A DNA stretch of 63,093 nt, filler included, from Alcyonidium flabelliforme (lineage: Eukaryota), in assembly GCA_026167845.1 (NCBI GenBank). It is 32 parts of 32 records of this genome, joined end to end, with 100 filler letters (N's around TTAATTAATTAA, not from the genome) between each part and the next. Parts side by side here need not be neighbours in the genome. Positions count along the whole stretch, not along the records: positions 31,029 to 32,879 come from JAOQFJ010000069.1; positions 32,980 to 34,819 come from JAOQFJ010000070.1; positions 34,920 to 36,757 come from JAOQFJ010000071.1; positions 36,858 to 38,695 come from JAOQFJ010000072.1; positions 38,796 to 40,609 come from JAOQFJ010000073.1; positions 40,710 to 42,521 come from JAOQFJ010000074.1; 26 more parts are not named here. The stretch is one strand, 5' to 3'. Positions 32,462-42,521 of the stretch are shown in pieces. Below the pieces are notes generated by a model that was not told the DNA's origin, searched no databases, and was given only the letters and a program-made list of their open reading frames with translations. The first letter of the stretch is position 1. Every line of letters begins with the position of its first letter. A program made the translations under genes and the position numbers.

Positions 32462-33925
32462 GATGCACCGTGCAAGGGCTTGGTGGGCAAAGGGGCTCCG
32501 GTCCCGTAGGTGCTATGTGAAACAATTAGTCGATTGTCATATGGCGGAGTAGGCAGATCATTCGTTTTGAGCTTCATGGATCACCAACCTTCTCTACTTC
32601 TAAATAAAGCAGAAGTTCCTCCGGGTACTTGTGTAGATGATTCACAAGAGTACCATACAATGATGTATGCTGCTGCAAGAACCACTCTACTGACACGGCT
32701 TTGTATCCAAGAGCGGAGCGTACGATATCCTCAAAAGCGATCTGCTGGAAATGAAAATAACTCTCTGCCTCAATTTCTAGAGCGATTGTTCTAGGGTCCG
32801 ATGAACCCCCTGATATAATGGGAATCCAGTTCCATGTAAGTAATGGACGTTGTGGGATACTAGATCGAAGCAGGATCTCNNNNNNNNNNNNNNNNNNNNN
32901 NNNNNNNNNNNNNNNNNNNNNNNTTAATTAATTAANNNNNNNNNNNNNNNNNNNNNNNNNNNNNNNNNNNNNNNNNNNNGATGGGGAGTGCGAGTATATT
33001 TGCGGGATGATGGGCGTCATGGCTTCGCGCAAACTCGCTTTGGTGTTGGCGTTGGAAGTTCACCTGGTTTTCCACACTGAGACCATGAACGCTCTGCATT
33101 GGGTGTTGGTTTGTATCTGGTATAGGCGATATCATTTCGCAGGTAGCCGTCTCGTATCGTTATGGAAGGCATGAGTATATTGATCGCAATTTGTTCCGAT
33201 TGAATCTTGTTAGACTCTATTATACCTTCTTATCATTTTTTAGCCTTCGAAACTAACTGGCCATCAGAAATATACATTATATTCTGTGGGCCTGAGCTAT
33301 GCTAGAAAAATTCAACGAATCGTGCCTCAACTCCTCAGCGCGCCACTGGTCATGAGTTGACATACCCCGGACAAAGATTTACCACTTGTATGCGGTCTAA
33401 AAGCATATAATAATAGAAGACCCGACTGTTGGGCACCACTGATGTCCAGTGCGGCGAGAATTGTCCGGGGCTTTTACCTGCGTTGAGGCGGACACTGATG
33501 TACAGACTCCAGACTATGGCCGAAACTTCGAAATCGGACCAGCTATGTTGTTCATCGGGCTTGATAGGCCACTTTTATTGGTTTTCTATTCATCCTCCTC
33601 CTTTTTTAACTACCCTAAATTTGAATTCGGGTTGCCAAGAACCCTCAGTAACTTGATCCATCGTTGAATATAAAAAACTCTACCTAGCAGACGCAAATAA
33701 ATAACCATATAAACTGATGATATCCATCACCTATTCAATCGACTATTCCACACAGGCCCGTTCTATCATACGTGAGTAGTGTACAGTTTGAACACTTGCT
33801 ATATAAGGGGACGATCCCGACATATATAGAAATTCCTATCTTTCCGCTTCCCTGACGACCAAACAAGCCTCTGGTATCTCTTTATATGGCTTTTTTGTAG
33901 CTATCCCGGGGTACCTACAATCACT

Positions 33926-34441
33926 ATGGCAATTCCTCCTCGCTCTATGACTGTCATTGATAGTGAATTTCAACACCTAAAAGGCATTAGAGAGATATGC
34001 TTTGATGAAGACGTCATGGCGTTTCTTCACGATGCATAGGCAACGCTTAAATACTAAGGGATATACAACCAACGAGGACCTTTTAAAAGGTCTCTCATTC
34101 ACTATGCTGCAATGGGTGACTGTGCTGAGCTCCTTCTTTATCTCCTACAAGATGGGACAGCAAAGGATGACCTAGATCAGAACAAGAGGACGCCGCTCTC
34201 CTGGGCCGCGCAATACAGTGCATTGCGTGCGGTGAAGCTTTTGCTGGACAATGGAGCGGAGATCAATTCCATGGACAATATGTACACAACACCCTTGTCG
34301 TGGCTGGTACAAGCGGGTAGGGGCCCGAATCGAGCAGCTACAATAAATTACCTGAGAAGTAAGGGTGCGACGAGGAGAGGTGCAACACGGGCTTCGATCA
34401 AAAGGAAGATCATCCAAGTTTTTCCCTCGGGTTTGTTATAG
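33926..34441 (+). pseudogene. Fungal ankyrin-repeat gene with two premature stops
   Basis: SLIHYAA, TPLSWAA...VKLLLDNGA, TPLSW; in-frame TAG at 34037 and TAA at 34055. Confidence 0.75.
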
Positions 34442-34919
34442 TAGAACTTTAGCTTCTCGACTTCTGTGTTAAGTAAATGGAGCATCTCTTGTTTACAATC
34501 ATATGTGGACTGCTCTGTATGCTCTCTGAAGGTTTGCCTACTGGTTGACAAGGAATTGATCCAGTGCGTATATTCATTATAGTCCTCCTGGATCCATTTG
34601 AACAGGAATGCATTGCAACAAGACAAAGTGAGCAAACGGAGAGCGACTTCTATTCCATTCTGTCATAGCGTGAAGAAGATGAAGAATGCTAAGAAGCACC
34701 GATTAAGTGATGAGATGAGAGCGGGCGGTACTGTACTTTTTTAATGAACTGGCAAAGACTGCACTGCGGTACCCATAAAGGCACGCTACCGTATCCTGAC
34801 TCGAGAAGAACCCTTTTCCNNNNNNNNNNNNNNNNNNNNNNNNNNNNNNNNNNNNNNNNNNNNTTAATTAATTAANNNNNNNNNNNNNNNNNNNNNNNNN
34901 NNNNNNNNNNNNNNNNNNN

Positions 34920-36757
34920 TGTATATCGTTAATACTACTGCTAGGCACGCCACTTAATACATAGCTACCCGCTACAAATTCAACAGATACCTCATCGCCA
35001 TCGTTATCGGCATTACGTAAGCCGATGACCTCTCCTGTGTCGCCAATCCTAAATAGCATGGACTCGTCGAAGGGTTTGCCATCTTCAGGAGTAATCGTCA
35101 ATGTTAATGTCTCACTGCCTCCTTCACCAGTATCATTGCCATCGGTGTCTTCCATCTTAGCATTGGTATTTAACTCGACCCATGTATAGGCCTTGCCAGC
35201 TGAGTTTTGCGGGGTTAACTCAACACCATCAGCTATTGGGTTAAATACTAGATCTACGGTCGTGGTGTCACCCTGTAGGCCGTCTGTACTTAATACTGAA
35301 ATAACTGCGCTACTCGTACCACTATAATTCTCTGGTGCTTGGATAAATATCTCGGGCGTCGGATTTGTCTCGGTACTTGGCAAGCTCCACGACCCTGTCC
35401 CTGTTTTGTTGGCTATGACGATATCTCCACTATCATTGACATAGTATACGGTAAAGTTATCATTGATATTGTTGATTATGAAGGAAGCAGGCTGATCGTT
35501 ATCACCTTCATCTTCATCAGTTTGTACGGTGTCATACACAATACTAACGACATTGACGTCAGTAGTGTCACCGATCTCGCCCTGATCTTCATCTACAGTT
35601 AAGTTTGACGCGGCCTCATTGACGACGAACAGCAAAGGATCTGCGCCTTTTTCCACAGTGACTTCAAAGTCTTTGCGTGATACTAGCGTGGTTATGTCAT
35701 GATCTGGGATATCTGTCGTTTCCTTATGCACTACATACGCCTCAATCACAGTCGCGCCATCTTCGTTCCGTTCAGGAATGAAATTGAAGTTAGCAGACGT
35801 AGGATTGTTTGCGCCTACTGGCAACACAAAATACTCTCCTATAGGCAATCCTGCAGGATTAGAGACTGTAGCTAAAGGCACGCCGTTAGAGTCCTCAAGC
35901 GTACCATTAACGGAAGCATTGTCAGCGAACTGAAGATAGACATTACCACCAATAATTTCGACATTACCTACATCAGCAGTTTTGGTCAGATCTAAGGTTA
36001 ATGTCCTAGTCTCATCTTCTGCTATCACGATATTATCGTCATTCTGTGCTGCTGTAGGATCTTCTTCATGGAAACCGAAGTAATCGGTAATGGGCAGCAC
36101 AATCAATGTGCTGTCATTAGTGTCTGGATCACCTATTGGAAACGCTGGATCGTCTGCTGTCACAGTCTCAGAGTCACCATTACTGTCAGTCGCTGTAAAT
36201 GAGATATCTAAAGCAACTGCCTCACTTTGGTTGTTTGTACTGTAATCACTGGTGGGAATAATACTAATATTAGACAGTAAATCAGCAATATCACTATCAC
36301 TGGTGACATTACCACTGATCAACCATGTATTGCCTTGTTTGGATAACGAGACCCCGTTAGACGTTTGTAACACCACATCATCAGGCAAGTTAGCAATGGT
36401 GAATGATATCGGTGCAGACGTCTGGTTGTCATAAGCCACCTGATTAAGTGAGCCAATGATAAAGTTATCTAAAGATTGACCGGCTCCATCCTCAGTCAAG
36501 GTTATGGACTTCACGATGAGATCTGCTACCAACTCAGGAGGCTCTTCCACACCACCGTCCATACCCGTAATAAGCGTCAACTCAAAGGTTGCGTCAGCTG
36601 ATTTCTCAACGTCAGGTGCATCTTGGTTATAGGCAGTTACGGTGATAGTCAAGCCATCTGCATTATCTACGTCATATCCTGCTTTTACACTGAACTTGAT
36701 GTCCACACTCGCCGTAATAAATGTGTCTATGGTTTCATCATCAAAGTCGACATACCA
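34920..36757 (-). CDS. Fragment of a giant repetitive adhesin (cadherin/Ig-like repeats)
   Basis: Acidic D/T/V-rich; AEDET, APENYSG, NPIADG; open across the contig. Confidence 0.8.
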
Positions 36758-36857
36758 NNNNNNNNNNNNNNNNNNNNNNNNNNNNNNNNNNNNNNNNNNN
36801 NTTAATTAATTAANNNNNNNNNNNNNNNNNNNNNNNNNNNNNNNNNNNNNNNNNNNN

Positions 36858-36996
36858 GATCAAAGCTGTCACCGTCCATAATCATTTGTAAAATTGATTT
36901 TGCGGTAGTCACTTGCCCCGTATGAACCCAGCGCGCCCACTGTTCAAAATAGCGCTCTAAGCGGGCCTTATTGTGTGAATGTCGTAAGCTGCTCAT
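36858..36996 (-). CDS. Antiterminator Q-like N-terminus (partial)
   Basis: LERYFEQWARW motif. Confidence 0.5.
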
Positions 36997-36998
36997 AA

Positions 36999-37421
36999 TT
37001 ACTTAGCTCGCTGCCTAAACTTGCGGTGTTTCACCTTGCATTCGCTTAACAGCTCATCAACGGTAAACACATGGCCAGGTAAACCGCTAAACGTTAAATG
37101 CGGCACATAATGCAAATCATGCAGCGGGCTGATTTTTATTTCAGTCGTGTAAAGTGGTGAAAGTGCCCCGTATTGGTGGCACACAACGGCCCCCATCCCA
37201 CGCAATAAAGCAAGCTCGCGGCCTGTTTGTGGGTTTGAAACCACCGTAACGCGGCGCTCTGTTTTGCGATCAGGTATTTGGTTTAACTGCGCAATGCGCA
37301 ATTCAATATCACCAATACGCGACAAATTAACGTGATCCGATAGCCCTGCATGTTGGTGCTCTATATAGCTAAACGCCTTTTTAAGCGACTCGCCTGTGTT
37401 GGCATACAAAACAATAATCAT
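36999..37421 (-). CDS. Phage hypothetical protein
   Basis: ATGA overlap with the cro-like gene. Confidence 0.7.
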   Translation of the reverse strand: MIIVLYANTGESLKKAFSYIEHQHAGLSDHVNLSRIGDIELRIAQLNQIPDRKTERRVTVVSNPQTGRELALLRGMGAVVCHQYGALSPLYTTEIKISPLHDLHYVPHLTFSGLPGHVFTVDELLSECKVKHRKFRQRAK

Positions 37422-37648
37422 GCGCTCACCTTCTTCTTATTTTGGTTGTTGGTGTAATCCTGCTGCCACTTTTGCACGTCTATTTTGTTACCGCTTTTAA
37501 GTACAATAATTTGGCAGTTTTTAGGATGAGGGAACCGCTCACACGCGTAATAACTTCTAAATGTGCGATACCCAATACCCAAAAAGCGGGCTGCCTTACC
37601 ACCGCCATTTTCACCAAACGTACTATCTACCCATTTTGAAAACGTCAT
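37418..37648 (-). CDS. Cro-like HTH regulator
   Basis: MTFSKWV...KAARFLGIGYRTFRSYYACERFP; AAGGTG RBS supports a start at 37648. Confidence 0.75.
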   Translation of the reverse strand: MTFSKWVDSTFGENGGGKAARFLGIGYRTFRSYYACERFPHPKNCQIIVLKSGNKIDVQKWQQDYTNNQNKKKVSA

Positions 37649-37679
37649 TTGAACACCTTTTATAGTATATAAATAAAAT

Positions 37680-37758
37680 AACACAAAGTGTGTTAAAAAT
37701 GAAACACAAAGCATGTTTATTTAATGCTCAAACCGTGACGAATGACACAAAGTGTGTT
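37680..37758. promoter_or_regulatory. Three 15-bp operators (A/G)ACACAAAGYRTGTT
   Basis: 37680-37694, 37703-37717, 37744-37758; a fourth copy at 38450-38464. Confidence 0.8.
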
Positions 37759-37793
37759 AACTTTTCAATAAGCAAGCTTAATTGGGATTCGTT

Positions 37794-38420
37794 ATGACAG
37801 AATTAACCACCACAAACACAGTACAAAGCACTGATAAAAAATCAGAAAGGATGCGCAAAGCCCGTATAAATGCAGGCTTATCGCAACGTGAGGCCGCCGA
37901 AAAAATCGGGGTTGGACAATCGCGCGTATCTAATTACGAAAACGAAATAAACAAAAACGTACCGCCTGAGTTTCTTAAACTTTGCGCCAAAGCCTACAAC
38001 TGCTCACTAGAGTATTTATACGGCTTTACCGACGAAATTGAGGGCGGCTATGCATACCGCCCAATCAATAAAGACAGCGTAATAGCAATCAATAAAAGAG
38101 AGCTAGCAAAGCAAAAATTAACCTTTCAAGACCTAGACGAAATAACCGTAACAGACAGCGCAATGTCAAATGCATTTACGCAAGGCGAACAAATAGTAAT
38201 AAGTAAAAAAGTAGGCGCTATTAGCAAGCCCGCTATTTATGCAATAAATCAAGATGGCAACACAGTAATGCGCGGTTTACGTAAAGAACTAAACGGCAGT
38301 TACACCTTGTTTGTGCATAACAAACAAACCTACGACGATCAAACACTCACCGAGGACGAGTTAAAAAACCTCACCATCATTGGTAAATACATAGGCCACT
38401 GGCGCGCAGCCAGCAATTAA
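37794..38420 (+). CDS. CI-like repressor (XRE HTH + degenerate S24 domain)
   Basis: GLSQREAAEKIGVGQSRVSNYE; C-domain VTDSAM...VMRGL...IIGK. Confidence 0.88.
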   Translation: MTELTTTNTVQSTDKKSERMRKARINAGLSQREAAEKIGVGQSRVSNYENEINKNVPPEFLKLCAKAYNCSLEYLYGFTDEIEGGYAYRPINKDSVIAINKRELAKQKLTFQDLDEITVTDSAMSNAFTQGEQIVISKKVGAISKPAIYAINQDGNTVMRGLRKELNGSYTLFVHNKQTYDDQTLTEDELKNLTIIGKYIGHWRAASN

Positions 38421-38497
38421 GCCCACAAGGCTTTTTTGCGCCTGCAATTAACATAAAGCATGTTAAATAATGTTATTTAACACATATGAGGATTATC

Positions 38498-38695
38498 ATG
38501 ACGACTTTAACAACCGTACAAAATACAGTAGAGCGAAAACTAAACCGTCAAGCTGCGCGCAGTCTTTCAATGAAAAACAACGCACAAGCCATCATTGCAC
38601 TTGCCGAAGCCGTAGCCAGCAACCCACGCGCAATAGACGACATAATTGATTTAGCCAATGCAATCAGCATGGATGCAGAAGATTTAAAAACCGAC
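38498..38695 (+). CDS. Phage early hypothetical protein (partial)
   Basis: GAGGA RBS, operator upstream. Confidence 0.6.
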
Positions 38696-38795
38696 NNNNN
38701 NNNNNNNNNNNNNNNNNNNNNNNNNNNNNNNNNNNNNNNTTAATTAATTAANNNNNNNNNNNNNNNNNNNNNNNNNNNNNNNNNNNNNNNNNNNN

Positions 38796-39006
38796 ATACA
38801 TACTGGATCATCCTCCTCATTATCACTGATTGGATCAAGATTGTCTTGGCCCTGAGCTTCCTTTTCTTCATTTGCTGCCTCTCCCTCCTCTTTTGAAAGG
38901 AACTGGCCAAGAAATGCCAGCTCTTTTTCTTCAATATCAAATTTTGTTGTGCACATAAACATCATGAGATCTTGGATTGTTTTAGCATTCAGTGAGCCTC
39001 GACGAT
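38796..39006 (-). pseudogene. Fungal hAT transposase C-terminal dimerisation remnant
   Basis: RRGSLNAKTIQDLMMF followed by an acidic tail. Confidence 0.7.
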
Positions 39007-39242
39007 TGTGACGGCTCGGAACCTCAACATCGCCCTGGTGGCCGATATCGACAAACGCTGCCATGCAGGCAAACGAAGGAAGCACCAAGCGCAGCCACAC
39101 AACCTACAGATAAAACCCCTTTCCGTCCTGTAGATAGATCCCTCTTCTTCTTTCCCTCCAGATTCGATATTCTCGTCGATGGCTACAATAGCTTAGATAG
39201 GAACATCGATTCATTATTATCTTCTATTCCGAGCCCGTGACA
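39007..39242 (-). mobile_element. Solo-LTR-like element (236 bp); truncated inverted copy at about 39492-39607
   Basis: Starts TGTCACGGGCTCGG, ends CCGAGCCGTCACA; the second copy aligns over about 115 bp. Confidence 0.7.
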
Positions 39243-40392
39243 GAAAGAGGGTCTAAAGCATCACTATCATATAAAGATGAGGAGTGAATATCAGATAATG
39301 GGGACATGGTTTGAGAGGGATTGATGTTCTCCTTCAAAGGTAGGGGTAGGGGGAATCAAGATTCAAGAGACTTACCAATTATTTTCTTTGGCTAGATGAA
39401 CAGAGGGGTTCAGTGTAGAGTTGCATTCAGAGGGATTTGGTGCTGATTTTAGATTTTCAAACTTGGGTAGAGTTGCATTCGGAATTTCAGTGTCACGGGC
39501 TCGGTAAATAGTAGATATTAATGAATTGATAATCCTATCTAAACCAACTAGTAACCATCGACGAGAATATTGAATCTGGGGACGAAAAACAAGAGGAAGT
39601 CTATCTGGTGAGTACAGTTTTTATAGACCTTTGTGCAGTGCAGCTTGAGCCCTTGTTTGCCCATGTGCCTGTATGGCATCTCTTAGCATGTTAGCACTGT
39701 TTGCCTGGCATTGAGCCGCTGCACTGTTACATTCAGAGGTGTTAGGCACAGATACAGAGTGCCTTTCATCCGTGCCGCATGCGGACTTTTGATGCTCAGT
39801 TTGGTCCTGACTTCCCAAATCTCCCCAAATGGTCATTCAGCAAGGAACAACTTGTCTAAGACCCAAAGGCTGCCCCCAGAGCCGCTGGTATATTACTCCT
39901 CAGTTCATGCCCAAGTTGGATGCTCCCAGATCGTGATAGAGTTTCAGCACATTTCGGCGCCTATACCAGAGAATATACTAGGGAGAAATAATATAAAATT
40001 AACAAAGAATTCACATAATTCAATAATCTATCCAAAAGTAAAATGATCATGCAAAGCTCCTTGCAGTTTTTCACTGGTGCGATCCAGACTCCAGCCAAAT
40101 TATAGTAGTAAACACCAAATGCTAAAATATATATTTCCTGCAAAGCTTGGTGTCTTTTACACTACCTATCAAATTACCAATCACAGACGCATGGTGGCCC
40201 TATTATTAGTAGATAATATATAGATGAGGACTAAGAGAATGCAGAATACAATAATATTTCTCTAAATTACACACGAATTATCATTAAAGATTGCCATCAA
40301 ACACTGTAATGACGGTGACAGGAATAAATGACAGGTATTCATGCTGATGAGTCATCAATTTATGCATCCTATTTGGGAAAGTTATGCAAAAA

Positions 40393-40532
40393 CGGGCAGG
40401 CGACGGGCGGCCCGTGGGCGCCCGCCAAGAGCCCGCGGGTGGGCTCCATGCTGCCCTGCCCTGCCCATGGGCTCTCGTGGGCGGGCTCTGGGGGTGCCCT
40501 GCCCGCCCACGGGCGGGTCGTGGCGAGGTCTA
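40393..40532. mobile_element. hAT-like transposon terminus with GC-rich subterminal repeats
   Basis: GCCC/GGGC repeats ending in CGTGGCGAGGTCTA, as at 259-272. Confidence 0.7.
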
Positions 40533-40711
40533 GGGCTTTGAGAGCACAACACAGACAACCAGTAGCCAGTTTCCAGGCCAAATAGAGATGCTACCAGGTC
40601 CAGAGGCCCNNNNNNNNNNNNNNNNNNNNNNNNNNNNNNNNNNNNNNNNNNNNTTAATTAATTAANNNNNNNNNNNNNNNNNNNNNNNNNNNNNNNNNNN
40701 NNNNNNNNNCC

Positions 40712-42145
40712 TTTGATAACTCATTTCAGACTTTTATATCTCAAACAAAGACTAATATAACGCGACTTCAACAAACCACTCTTATTGACTTAGATATTGA
40801 TTACATTCGAGAGCAAAATAGACGAAATCTGATATGTTTACAGAGCTATGTTGAAGATGAAATTAAAGAGTTATTAGATAGCGAACATATACCGAAGTTA
40901 TCGTCCTCTCTTGAAGATATAGAGCAAAAATTTTCGGAACTAAATATCACATATAGTGAGAATGCTAGGGTTATTAAGGATTCGTTGGAGGCAAAACAAG
41001 AAATTCCGTATGAGGTAATTGCTTTTATAGACTTTACCAATTTACTAGCTAAATTAACTGCTTTTAATAACTCAATTGCTCAATACAATACTATCAAAGA
41101 CGAGATTAATGCAGTATTGATGCAGTTTAAGGGATCACAAGATGCACAAGTATTGGAAGAACATAAACGTGTTCTAGCTCAACATAAAGCTATATTACTA
41201 AAGCATAAAAAGCGAATTACGCTAGATTCTCACTGTGTAAGCTATTCTAATTTGAAGACTAAAATTGAAAAAGATCAAGCAGACTATGATACATCTAAAG
41301 CTGCTTTAGAGGCAGAACAAGAAGCTTTCTTAGAAACTTATTTCTCTCAGATAAACACATTTTTCCGTAGAATTGGATCGCCTGATTTTGCCATATCTAG
41401 AACAGTTAATCGTGGTGGTACTAGAACTGTATACGATTTAGGTGTCACTTTTAAAGGTGAGGAAATAAATAAAGATAAATTCAATTGCTTGTTTAGTGAG
41501 TCAGATCGCCGAGCTTTAGCACTTTGTATTTTCCTCTCTAAAATAGAACTACTACCTGCTAATGAGAGACAAAATGCCATTTTAGTAATGGATGACCCTG
41601 TTACTAGTTTTGATAACGAAAGAATTTCCAGCATATTGCAAATACTATATACATTAAAAGATACAGTTAAGCAGATAATTATCACTACTCATTATAAGGG
41701 CATGGTATCGGCTGTAATGAAACAGTTCAAAGACTCCAAAGTGATGAAGATCGTTCAAACAGATAGCGGTTCGTTATTAGCGCAAGCCACTAAGACCGAA
41801 ATGACTGCAACAGCACATGATGAAGTATATAGTGAAATTATGAATTTTGTTGAGCGTAGAACACAGGATAATAAAATCACAATGCTACGACCATTTCTTG
41901 AAGTTGAAATGAGAAATCGCTACAAGCTACCACTTAAAAATCTCGCTTTAAACGAAAGTGATAGCTTTGGCAAATGCATAAGCTCTTTAGAAGAGAATAA
42001 TTATATTTCAGCTACAACTGCTGCTTCACTTAATGGGTACAAAGATTCATTAAACATCCAATCTCATGAATTGCCATTTTTGAATCTTGATGACTGTAGG
42101 ACACAAGCACAAAACTTGATGGATTTCATTTATTCAGACCTCTGA
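40712..42145 (+). CDS. ABC/AAA_13-type ATPase, RloC-like, with a possible C-terminal HEPN domain (5'-partial)
   Basis: Coiled coil, signature FSESDRRALAL, Walker B ILVMDDPVTSFD, ITTH, C-terminal LRPFLE...LNIQSH; frame open from the contig start. Confidence 0.78.
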   Translation, partial: FDNSFQTFISQTKTNITRLQQTTLIDLDIDYIREQNRRNLICLQSYVEDEIKELLDSEHIPKLSSSLEDIEQKFSELNITYSENARVIKDSLEAKQEIPYEVIAFIDFTNLLAKLTAFNNSIAQYNTIKDEINAVLMQFKGSQDAQVLEEHKRVLAQHKAILLKHKKRITLDSHCVSYSNLKTKIEKDQADYDTSKAALEAEQEAFLETYFSQINTFFRRIGSPDFAISRTVNRGGTRTVYDLGVTFKGEEINKDKFNCLFSESDRRALALCIFLSKIELLPANERQNAILVMDDPVTSFDNERISSILQILYTLKDTVKQIIITTHYKGMVSAVMKQFKDSKVMKIVQTDSGSLLAQATKTEMTATAHDEVYSEIMNFVERRTQDNKITMLRPFLEVEMRNRYKLPLKNLALNESDSFGKCISSLEENNYISATTAASLNGYKDSLNIQSHELPFLNLDDCRTQAQNLMDFIYSDL

Positions 42146-42166
42146 TCTTATAAGTAGAGTAGGTTT

Positions 42167-42203
42167 AAATCCCTTCTGTATCAATGCTACAGAAGGGATT
42201 TTT
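42167..42203 (+). terminator. Intrinsic terminator
   Basis: AAATCCCTTCTGTA-loop-TACAGAAGGGATTTTT. Confidence 0.85.
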
Positions 42204-42442
42204 GCTTATTAAAGTTCAAAACAATGTATATCCTATTTTAGTATCAATAGGTCTGCAATTAAACCTCATTCATATAATAGTACATAACCTGACTTTGATG
42301 AGGATAAAGGTAATAAGACTGATATGAGTTATTTTTTGAAGAAATTTTACTAAACAATAAGTAAAAAGGTTTTTAATGTTTTTAATAGTTTTTAAAAGCT
42401 TTTAGGCTCGCTACAGAGCTTACCAGTAAAGGAGTTTGGGAG

Positions 42443-42521
42443 CCATAAAGCTACCTTTTACGACCCATAAAGCTACCTTTTACGACCCATAAAGCTACCT
42501 TTTACGACCCATAAAGCTACC
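42443..42521 (+). repeat. 22-bp plasmid iterons (3 full + 1 partial) after an AT-rich region; Rep_3-type origin
   Basis: Perfect tandem CCATAAAGCTACCTTTTACGAC running into the contig end. Confidence 0.8.

Noticed and set aside
42443..42521. Possible CRISPR repeats
   Set aside because: Perfect tandem 22-mers with no spacers
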